Origin: Torpedo marmorata
Lineage: Eukaryota
Length of the DNA: 64,000 nt
Assembly (NCBI GenBank): GCA_977017645.1
Contig: OZ360232.1
Span: 82,522,001-82,586,000 of the forward strand
Direction: 5' to 3'
Part shown: piece by piece, positions 1-10,532 of the stretch
Layout: every line of letters starts with the position of its first letter
Position numbering within the stretch: position 1 is the first letter of the stretch
Translations under genes and position numbers: made by a program
The notes under the pieces: generated by a model
Databases searched by the model: none
What the model saw: the letters and a program-made list of their open reading frames with translations, nothing else
What the model was told of the DNA's origin: nothing

Positions 1-260
1 CACTCATGGTCGACATTCCCAGTCCAATTCACAGCATCAGGAGGCTTCACACTTTCCATGTTTTCTGCTGATACCGACTCCTGGTACCATGTGATGTTTC
101 TTTTATTTTAACAAAGAAACGTGGATTCTTTTGTATTAATTATATTTTATTAACAACTCACGACCTCATGGGACATCCATTTTGCATCTAACCCAAGGTG
201 GAACATTAGTCTCCGACTCCCTTTAGTGGTCAGGAGGATCACTAACTCCCAATCACCACA
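1..260 (-). mobile_element. 5' end of a Gypsy LTR retrotransposon: LTR about 90-260, PBS, start of gag; continues beyond the window start
   Basis: Minus strand reads LTR (TG...CA termini), then TGGTACCAGGAGT, then ATG at 59 giving MESVKPPDAVNWTGNVDHE(W), a typical Gypsy gag N-terminus. It abuts Tc1 transposase sequence at 261. Confidence 0.75.
77..89 (-). promoter_or_regulatory. Primer-binding site complementary to the 3' end of tRNA-Leu(UAA)
   Basis: Plus strand ACTCCTGGTACCA matches the vertebrate tRNA-Leu(UAA) 3' end plus CCA and lies directly next to the LTR end. Confidence 0.75.
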
Positions 261-1128
261 CAGGAGGCATGTGTGGATGTGTCAATGACTAGTGTCTGCA
301 GAAAACTTCATGAACAGAAATACAAAGGCTACACTACAAGATGCAAACCATTAGTTAGCCACAGAAACAGGATGGACAGATTACAGTTTGCCAAGAAGTA
401 TTTAAAAGAGCCTGCAGAATTCTGGAAAAAAGTCTTGTGGACAGATGAGACCAAGATTAACCTGTATCAGAGTGATGGCAAGAGCAAGGTGTGGAGGCGT
501 AAAGGAACTGCCCAAGATCCAAAGCATACCAACTCATCTGTTTGAAACACTGTGTTATGGGGTGTTATGGCCTGGGCATGTATGGGTGCCAAAGGCAGTG
601 GAACACTTATCTTCATTGATGATATAACTGCTGATGACAGTAGCAAAATGAATTCTGAGGTATATAGAAACATCACATCTGCTCAAGTTCGAGCAAATGC
701 CTCCAAACTCATTGGACAGCACTTCATCCTACAGCAGTCAATGATCCCAAACATACTGCTAAAGCAACAAAGGAGTTTTTCAAAGGTAAAAACTAGATAA
801 TTCTTGAATGGCCAAGTCAGTCACCCGATCTAAATCCAATTGAGCATGCCTTCCATATGCCGAAGAGAAAACGTAAGGGGTCAAGCCCTGAAACAAGAAG
901 GAACTGAAGATGGCTGCAGTAGAGGCCTGGCAGAGCATCACCTAAGAAGATACTCAGCACCTGGGGATGTCTATGAATCACGGACTTCAAGCAGTAATTG
1001 CATACAAGGGTATGCAACGAAGTACTAAACATGACTACTTTAATATACATACCATTGCTATGTCCTAAATATTATGGTGCCCTGAAATGAGGGGACAATG
1101 CTTAAAAAGTGCTGTAATTTCTACATGG

Positions 1129-1817
1129 TGTTATGGACCATGACTGACCATTTGGACTGCAGACGGTCAACAGGAAGGATGAAGTCTTTTGGAGTACACA
1201 CTGGGACCAGGTACTGAAAGAGTTAACTTGCTCAGGATGGGGTGTACTCAGAGAGAGAGACACAGAGAGAGAGACAGACTGTGGAAAGATATTTTGTTGC
1301 ACTTTTGCAAAAGCAGGTGCAAAATTCTGCAAAAAGCATTCAGTCTGGAGTTGCAAGAGACTGGAACAACACAGCCAAATCCAGGCTTGTGCATCCCAGG
1401 GGAAAAGGCTAGGAGAATAGCACATGGCCTCCTGCATCAGCAAAATCCGGATTTAAATCAACTTTCGTGGAGAACAGGCGTGAGATCAGCGAGACCGGCT
1501 GTGAGATCCAAGTATACGCCTCAATCAAAACTGATTTGGAATCGCAATCCTTGTGCACCTACCAAAAGGGAAAGTCATCAGGGAAGAAAAGCAGGCCAAG
1601 CATTCGTAAGCTTAAACAGTCATTGTCTCTCTCTCCAACGTTCATTAAGAAGTCCTTCGTGCCAGCACACAGAGCTGAATTTGGACCCTGAACATAGACA
1701 GTGATTTTTGTGGACTGTATTTTTGGGACTGACTTATTTTTATGACTGACCTGGGGGTTTTGGGGAAGGTTTTCCATTTTTACATAAGGGCTGGGCACAG
1801 ACTGTGATGGTCTGGGC

Positions 1818-1860
<43 letters not shown>

Positions 1861-2003
1861 TAGATAAGAATAGTGTTTATGGACATTTATAGTGGGGTTA
1901 GTTGTTGAGAAATTATATGTTTAATTGTCTTTAATAAATATAAATTTTAATTTTTCCCCTTTTGCATTGCATCTTCTGTCGTTGCTGGTTTGAATTTGTA
2001 ACA
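1129..2003 (+). mobile_element. Solo LTR of the Gmr1-type family found at 56212-62112
   Basis: Termini TGTTATGGACC...TGTAACA, 4-bp TSD ATGG (1125-1128 and 2004-2007), and clear homology to the LTRs at 56212 and 61211. Confidence 0.95.
1821..1859. repeat. (AC)n microsatellite inside the solo LTR
   Basis: About 19 AC units, expanded relative to the about 7 units in the sister LTRs. Confidence 0.95.
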
Positions 2004-4480
2004 ATGGTCAAACCAAAATGTGCACAAATATCCTTTAATAAAATCTGGAATGTGCCCTTTAATCATATGTGAATTGTTTGATCACAAATTTATAACTGTT
2101 TGGCACAGGGGCAAATAAAGGAAAAAAAGTATCTTTGTCCAAAACATTATGGAGGGCACTGTATATCCCTTGTTATCTTAATATACAAAAAGCTATCTAT
2201 CTCTCTCTTGAATATCTGCAACAAGTGATCACTTTCTGCATTTTAGGTAGAGAATTATAAAGATTCATTGGTCTTTCTTGAGAGGGTCCTAGAAACAGAG
2301 ACTCTCACAACATTTACGGTTTCAATGCATGCAAGCCACAGAAGATTATGGATCAAGGGCAAGAAAGTGGGATGAGGAGAGCATTGTACTTGATAAGTCA
2401 CATGGATAGGGTGCCCAAAGACCCGGTTTCTATGCTGTATACTGTAACTCCATAACTCTCACTGAGAAATTTTGTTCTCATCTCTGTCCTGAAAGCCTTG
2501 ATCACCTTATGTTGCAACTTTGACCCCTGATTCTGGACAGACCAGACAGGGGAACAATCAACCCTGTAAAGTAAAGGTAAAAAAATCGTATGTTTCAAAT
2601 AAAAAAATTCTATGCTCTAGAGTCTGGACAATATAGAGTAAGTCTAATTGGGTTTGTAGAGTTAATCTCTTATCCCAGGAAGTAATATTCCTTTGTTACA
2701 TCCCCTCTATGTGGTATTTTCTATCTTAGATAGTGAAACTAGATCCAAACAGAGTATTCAAAATACAACATTATCGATGTAATTTAAAGTCAAATCCTGT
2801 TTCAAATAAAAGCCAACATCCTACTCGCCATTTTAGTTGCTTGCTGAACTGCATATTAACTTTTACTGATTTGTGTAGAAGATGTTCATGTCTCTCTGAC
2901 AGACAGCACCTCGCAGTCACTCACATCTATGAATTCCAGGATTCCATATGCTTTACAAGCATCTTCCTCAACAAGCCCTTTCACCTTCAAGGAGATTTGC
3001 TCTTGTATATTCAGTTCCCTCTGCTCTTGTATATCCTTCTGAAGTACATGTTTTAACTATCTCATGGCTCATAATTCTTATTGCCAAAGAGTATCAGTAC
3101 ACACTGCTCCATATCACATTTCAAATGTCACTTGCATGCCTATTTAGCCAAGCTATCTATATCTTGCCACCCATTATTGTCCTTTCCACTGTTTGTCACA
3201 GTTTCAAGCTCTGTGTCATTCATAAATTTGGATATTTTAATGCAAACATCTGAAGCTTTTCTGTTTTGGAATAGTTCCATTTTCACATTTCCTTTCAGGT
3301 TTTGTCAGTCTGGATAACAGGGTGAAAACACCATGTTAACTCAGTAGCTCTACAAGCCTTTAACTTTTCCAACCCTTGACCGATTTTCTGTTCACTACTG
3401 CTAAAAGGAAGATGAAACCCTTAGTGGTGACCTTTTTCTTTGCTTCATTTGGATTTGCAAGTACTCCAATCTATCTTTTCTTTAATCTGGCTGCAATCCG
3501 AAGAACCAACAGAAGCAAAAGACACTGCCTTAGCAACCAGGCAAAGAGGAATGCTGCTCCTATACAAGGCTTCAGTTAACAGTCCCAGCTAACCAACATG
3601 GTGTAAAAAGGGCACTGATAAAATAACAATTTAATGTGAATGAAATCTGCTGTATAAATCAGTGTTTATCACCATTCAACATCATTATTATAATTTACAT
3701 AAATTCACTCCACTCATTAAACTCCTAGAATACTTCAAAAGGTGAAGGTCCAAAGTCTCTGCTGCTTAGGCAACTGTTTCCTTGCCAATTTATGACAAAC
3801 TGGCACGATTGCAAGCTTTCAAAATAGAAGAGTGAATGGTCATTTAAATTTTAATTAAGGTTCAATCACTTTCAAATCAGTGGTTGAAAGGTCTAGTGTA
3901 TATGGCTGAATGAAACTATTGTGTATGTTTTCACTTTATGTTGTCATGGCTTGTAAGTTGGTGAAGAATTCAAAAATGACATGAAAATTCATTGTGCATT
4001 TTGTCATCAGCTCAGAAGCAAGCAAACAAATGGTACAGTTAAGCAAAATGTCCACATTATCCTTCAAGTGGGTATTGTTCAGAGACCAGTCATCTGATTT
4101 TCCTGGGAGACTCTCCTTCTGTAAGAATGTCAACCCAACACCAGTTTTGGGGGGGATTGGTATCTACAGGCAATAAATGAATGGGCTATGTGATGAATGC
4201 AGAAGCCTGCGAGATGTTTGGAAGCTGCGTCCATTTACAACAAGAGCTTTGATTAATTTCACCTCCAAAATATTGTGTCTCCAAAAGTGCAGCTTTCACT
4301 GAGAACTGAAGTGTCAGTCTAACTTTTTATGTTCAAATCTCTGGACTGGACCATAAACCCAAATTCCTCTGATTTGAACAAAATTGCAGGGGCAACTAGG
4401 TTACTACTGTCAACTAAACAGGAAAGTCTGCAACACTGTGATTGTAGTGCAATACACAAAAGTGCTGGAGAAATTATGAG

Positions 4481-5010
4481 ATGTATATGGAAGCCAGGAA
4501 GGAACTTAGGAAAGGACTTAGGGGAACCCAAAAGGGGAATGAGAAGGCCTTGGCAAGTAGGATTAAGGAGAACCCCAAGTCGTTCTATGCAAATGTGAAG
4601 AACAGAAGGATGACAAAAATGAAGGTGGGGCCGCTTAAGGATAAAGGAGGCAACATGTGCCTGAAGGTGGAGGAAGTTGGAGAGGTCCTAAATGAATACT
4701 TTGCTTCATTATTCACCTGAGAAAAGGTCCTTGATCAGGGTGAGGTCGGAAGAGAACAGGCTTGTGTGCTGAACGATGTTGAGATTAAGGAAGAGGAAGT
4801 GTTGGATTTTCTTAAAAACATTAAGATTGATAAGTCCCCGGGGCCAGATGTGATATACCCCAGGTTGCTTTGGGAAATGAGGGAAGAGATAGTGGGGCAG
4901 TGGCTATTATCTTTGAGACCTCTTTTGCCACAGGGGAGGTGCCGGAAGATTGGAGAATGGCAAATGTGGTCCACTTTTTAAAAAATGGTAATAGGCAGAA
5001 TCCTGGGAAT
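4481..5010 (+). mobile_element. CR1 LINE internal ORF2 fragment
   Basis: Translations KALASRIKENPKSFY, LNEYFASLFT and IDKSPGPD.IYPRLL.E; homologous to the CR1 at 26750-27892. Confidence 0.9.
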
Positions 5011-7799
5011 TGAGACCTCCCCTACTGTCCATATTATTGGCAAATGTCCAGTCAGTGGAGAATAAAATCGACGACCTGAGAGCAAGGCTACTCTACCAGA
5101 GACAAGTAAGACAAATCTCAGTTGTTTGCTGCACCGAGACCTGGCTAACAGAGAACACACCAGACAATGCTATCCGACCAGACAGTTTCACCATCCATAG
5201 ACTGGATCGGAACTCGGATTCTGGAAAAGGGAGAGGAGGCGGTGTGTGCTTTTTCGTTAATACAGGGTGGTGCACGGACGTTGGAGTTATGACAACCTCT
5301 GGCTCTACTGCCTTAGAGCAAATCTCGATTAAATGCAGACCCTTCTATATATCCCGTGAGTTCTCATCTGTGATTCTCACTAGAGTTTACATCCCTCCCG
5401 ATGCCGATTACAAGCAGGCACTCGCGGAGCTGCATGATGTGGTCAGTAAACAAGAGACGGCCCAGCCTGATGCACTACAAATCTTAGTCGGCCACTTTAA
5501 CAAGGTCTGTGTCAAGAAAACCCTGCCTAACTACCACCAGCATGTAACCTGCTGTACCAGAGGTCCCAGCACACTTGATCACTGCTGCACCAAGATAAGG
5601 AAGGCCTACCATTCTTTCCCGAGACCGCACTTTGGCAAGTCTGATCACCTGGCTGTGCTCCTTCTGCCTTCATACAGACAGAGCCTAAAGAGAGAGGCTC
5701 TGGAGGTCAGGACAGCTAGGAAGTAGTCGCAGGAGGCTGAAGAACAGTTACAGGACATCCTCGAGTCAGCGGATTGGGCGGTGTTCAAGAACTCTGCTGA
5801 GAATCTGAACGAGTACACCGAGGCTGTCACACACTTTATCAAAACAGCTCTGGATGAGTGTGTCCCCACCAAATCATTCAGGGTGTTTCCCAACCAGAAG
5901 CCCTGGATGAACAGTGAAATCCGGAACCTGCTGAGAGCCAGATCACAGGCACTTAAGTCCGGAGATCCTGATCAGTACAGCAGGAGCAGGTATGACGTCC
6001 AGAAGGCTATCTCCTGGGCAAAGTGGAGATTCCGGATGAAAATGGAAACAATTAAGGGACACCCAACAGCTGTGGCAGGGTCTGAATGCCATAACCTATT
6101 ACAAAACCAAGTCCGGTAAAGTAGCTAACGGCAAAGCTTCTCTCCCAGAGGAACACAACACCTTCTACGCCCAATTTGACGACAGTAACAGCGAAGAACC
6201 CTGACGATCTCACCCTGTCCGTATCTGAGGATGAAGTACATGCTGCCTTCAGGAGAGTGAATCCGAGGAAAGCATCCAGCCCGGATGGAGTACCTGGCCG
6301 AGTATTAAAGATCTGTGCTTATCAACTTACCAAGGTATTCACGGATATCTTCAATATCTCACTCCAGCAGGGCATAGTACCCACCTGCCTTAACGACTAT
6401 CGACCAGTAGCACTTACATCAACAGTGATGAAGTGTTTTGGAAGGCTGGTGATGAAACATATCAGCTCCTGTCTGAGTGGTGACATGGATCCATTCCAGT
6501 TCGCCTATCGCGGCAACAGGTCTACGGCGGATGCCATTTCACTGGCTCTGCACAAAGCCCTGGAACATCTGGACAGCAAAGATGCATACATCAGGATGCT
6601 CCTTATCGACTACAGTTCGGCATTTAACACCATCATCCCCTCAAAACTGATCAGCAAACTCCAAGTCCTGGCAGTTAACACCCCATTGCATAATTGGATC
6701 ACCTCCAGACCACAATCAGTGAAGATTGGTAAGAACTTCTCCTCCACAATCTCCATCAGTACTGGAGCACCACAGGGCTGTGTTCTTAGCCCCGTGCTTT
6801 ACTCACTTTACACCTACGACTGTGTAGCTCGGTATGACAATAATACCATCTACAAATTTGCGGACGTTACCGCGGTAGTAGGTTGTATATAGGAAGGGGA
6901 TGAGTCAGCATACAGGATGGAGATTGAAAACTTGCCCTCAATGTCACCAAAACTAAGGAGCTGATTGTTGACTTCAGGAAAGGAAAGCCAGAGGTATACA
7001 ATCCAGTGATCATTGGGGAATCAGAGGTGGAGAGGGTGAGCAAATTTAGGTTCTTGGGAGTCACTATCTTGGAGGATCTTTCCTGGACCCAACACACCAA
7101 TGGCATCGTGAAGAAAGCACGTCAGCGCCTCTACTTCCTCAGGAGTTTGCAGAGGTTTGGTATGACACCAGAAACCCTGGCAAATTTCTACAGATGTGTG
7201 GTGGAAAGTGTGCTGACCGGCTGCATCACGGTCTGGTATGGGAACACCAATACCCCTGAGCGTAAAGCCCTCCAAAAGGTAGTGGACACAGCCCAGGACA
7301 TTACTGGAAAAACCCTCCCCACTATTGAGTACATCTACAGGGAATGCTGCTTTTGGAGGGCAGCAGCAATCATCAAAGACCCACACCACCCAGCGCACGC
7401 TCTGTCTCGCTGCTGCCATCAGGAGAGAGGTATAGGTGCCACAAGGCTCACACCTCCAGGTTTAGGAACAGCTGCTACCCCTCTACTATCAGAATCCTCA
7501 ACGACAAAGTCAAATCAGAGACTCATTTAAGGAATCTTACTCATGCACTTTATTGATTTTTCTTTGCTCTCTCTGTACTGCACAGTCAGTTTCATTTTCA
7601 CTTTCAGTTTCATTCGTTACCTGTTAGCAGTTCTTTTGATTGTTTACATGTTTTCGCTGTGTACAGTTTACTTTTTGCACTACCAATTAGTGGTAATTCT
7701 GTCGCACCCGCAGGAAAAATAATCTCAGGGTTGTATGTGACATCATGTATGTACTCTGACAATAAATCTGAAATCTGAAATCTGAATCTGAATCTGAAT
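5011..7799 (+). mobile_element. Rex1/Babar-type LINE, near-complete endonuclease and RT, decayed
   Basis: APE motifs LANVQS, ETWL, LDHC and SDH; RT motifs [24 protein letters not shown] and KFAD. The 3' end is TGACAATAAA followed by a (AATCTG)n-like tail at about 7761-7799. Confidence 0.9.
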
Positions 7800-10265
7800 T
7801 CCACCTGCTGATACATGACAATATTGGGCAACTATTTTCTTGACTGTTCTTGCCCATGTTTGTCATACAATTGGCATCACTTTGGTTGATGTTTATTGGA
7901 TGCTCCTGTGTACAAACAGGTTGCTGACTTATAGCACAGATAAAAACATCCATAAATGTTCAACTAACGGTCAGGTACTTTGGAACTGTGGCGATGGAGA
8001 ACACATCTGAAGCCCATTTCTGAATAAGCGGAGTTCGGAGAAGTAACACACTCCAAACAATGGAGATGTTATGCAGAAATGTTCCATTCCCACCTGGCAG
8101 GAGATACCTGCAGCCCCTCAGCAGCTGAAAAATCCATCTCCCTCCACCCCTTTGGTCTCCCAAATGCATGGGGAAATACCCTGCTGGATCCCAAAAGAGA
8201 CTGCCTGCAGCAGCCACAAAATCCATCCCCACCCATACCTCTGAACCGCTGGCACAGAGGTTCAAACCATTTATTCCTGTCAAAAATATCACCTCTATCT
8301 CAGTAGCATACACCTGCATAGTCATGCTCTGATCGCACAGGTTAACTCCAAATAACTTGATTCATTTCCCTCAAAGTTAGGGAAGCTTAACTTATTACAA
8401 AGTCTGTACAGATTTATTCGTACAGTTTGTTTTCTGCAAACTTGTGAAAATTTCCATACAATTCCTCTGTCAATGTCTTGTACAAAGGTTAAATAGGACA
8501 GAACAGATCTTTGGAGAAAAAGAATGGGGTATTTCCTCAGTTAACAGAAAAGTGACTGGAACCATTGTGGCAAAGCAGACTCCTCATACTCCAATTATTA
8601 CGTCGAGTTACATAGGAAGGATAGCACAGAAGCAGACTACTTTGCCACAACACTCCATGGTGGTTCCTGCTCCAGACTTTTGCTCCCTTATGCTTAAGTT
8701 CTCCTTAAATACATCGATACTAATTACCACTGGCAGTAATAGTTTCACATTTTGAATCCTCTACCTTCTACATGCCACACCACCACCTGGCCCTGCAGCA
8801 TTGCTGCAATACATAAACGTGCAGGTGCATTGCACTCGATCCCAGCGTCTGCAGATTTTCTTGTTTAACTTCTGCTGCATTGCTCCCTTCTTTTCTACAC
8901 TAAAAAGGAGAAAGGGTTTGTTCTAGGGTTACTGGTAAGTACTTCGTCATGAATATTTTGAATCTTGTTTGCACCTTTCCCAGTGTCTTCATATCCTTTA
9001 AATGACATGGAGACGAAAATGTACAAAACAAATAATCTAAAATATGCACAACTGAAGTATAATACAAAAATTATACTCGCAATTTTAGTATAATTTCTCC
9101 TCTTATTATTTATCTTGTCAGGAAATAATCCCCAGTACTTGATTTGATTTTTTTAAATACATTATTTATGTGATTTCCAACTATCTGTGCATCGTTATTC
9201 TGAATTCAAATTATTTTATTCCTCTACCTCATTCAAGTTAATCAAGCAGCCTGTGACCTCTCTATGACCAAATAGCAAGAAAAATCACAAGATCCAGTTT
9301 CATATACAGTGAGTCACCTCTTATTTGGTTGAAATTCCAGGGAATAGCTGGTAATTGTGAAGCTGCAGTCCCATACCTACTTGAGAGATACAGATAAACT
9401 TGATACTTGATAAACACTGATGTACGAATGATATGAGAGAAAATGTCTCAGAACTCAAAGCAGATCATCCATCTCTGGATTAGCAGAGAGGATGTGGGTG
9501 ATGTTTTGATCACTCAAGTTCTCCTGTGTAAATCCATATCTAACAGTATTATATGAGTTTGAACAACAATTCTTCATATGTCATTGAGTGCTCTAAACAG
9601 CAACAATCCTCCAGATTCCGTCTCTACATGCAGTGGAAAGGTGGTGTGTTCAAAAAGGTTCATGTCTCCTCTAAACTCAGCTATTACTTTCTTTCTCTGA
9701 AGATGTAGATTCATGCCAGGGTGGCCTTAAGACTTCACTAAAACTATGCTGAAATAGCCTCAATCATACCTCCTTTTGATTTTATTTTCATTGTTTTAAA
9801 CATTACCCCTCCTTGCCACTGCATGAGACCAGTTCAATGTATGTGTTAGAACAACTACAAGCTTACTTTCATGATGTTTTGATTATTGTATTTCATTTCA
9901 AATTCATATTGTCTCCCTAGTCATGGAAACATCGGGGAATGGGGAGCAGGGACACAGCACTGCTCTGCAGGGTCCATCCGCCTGGTCCCAATTCCAACGG
10001 CTCCGTACAGGCTTTAAACAGCCTGTTAAAGGAGCCGACGGTGTTTTTAATTAAAATACTGCAACTGCGGGGTCTGTGTACAAGATGGCTGTGCCTATGT
10101 TCGGCAGTAGCCATGAGGGGTTGCAGAATCTAGGAAGCAGCAGACTGCAGCAGGGCACCAGAAACAGGCAGAACACTCGGCATTGAGAAGGAGAAGCAGA
10201 GTGGATGACCCAACAGGACGGTGACCACAGCAGCAGACTAGCGAGGGACTTAGTGGCTGAAGGAC

Positions 10266-10509
10266 TGTGGTAAACCACTGTTTGTGTATTGTATGTACTG
10301 CTGTCTGTCCCGGCGACTCCTCTCCCCTCCTTTGGGTGTCCAGGTAATCCCTCCCCTTTTCTCACCTGAATAAAGGCCTGTGTGCCACTGCTCCGCCCAC
10401 AGTCCGGGAGAGATCTGCAGGTCTACTGTTGGTCTGTTTTATGTGTATTAAAGCCTATGGTTCGTTAACCCACTCATAGTCTCTTGAGTGCTAATTGATA
10501 GGCATATCA
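10266..10509 (+). repeat. 5' LTR
   Basis: No mismatch to 14520-14763 found by eye; contains AATAAA and ATTAAA motifs. Confidence 0.97.
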
Positions 10510-10532
10510 ATTTAATACACATAAGAAAAATT

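Larger units (their letters stand above)
261..2161 (+). mobile_element. Decayed Tc1/mariner (DD34E) transposon, 3' part with right IR/DR end, interrupted by a solo LTR
   Basis: Transposase motifs WKKVLWTDETK, VMAWACM, a frameshifted QQ.NDPKH, SPDLNPIEH and GYATKY*. It ends in GGAGGGCACTG followed by TA at 2162-2163. An inner direct repeat at about 1061-1086 resembles the outer one at about 2136-2161. Confidence 0.92.

Noticed and set aside
1189-1704. 171-aa ORF, and the similar ORFs at 47015, 56668 and 61667
   Set aside because: They lie within LTRs, span GA microsatellites, and the frames are not conserved between copies.
2164-3200. Highly decayed CR1-like remnants (also about 8960-9230, 19290-19450, 20575-20830, 50440-50715, 63270-63440)
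   Set aside because: Similarity is suggestive, but too degraded to give reliable boundaries by eye.
3280-3579. Splice-acceptor-like TTTCCTTTCAG at about 3298 and a short ORF
   Set aside because: No recognisable protein and no consistent exon chain; a host exon cannot be supported.
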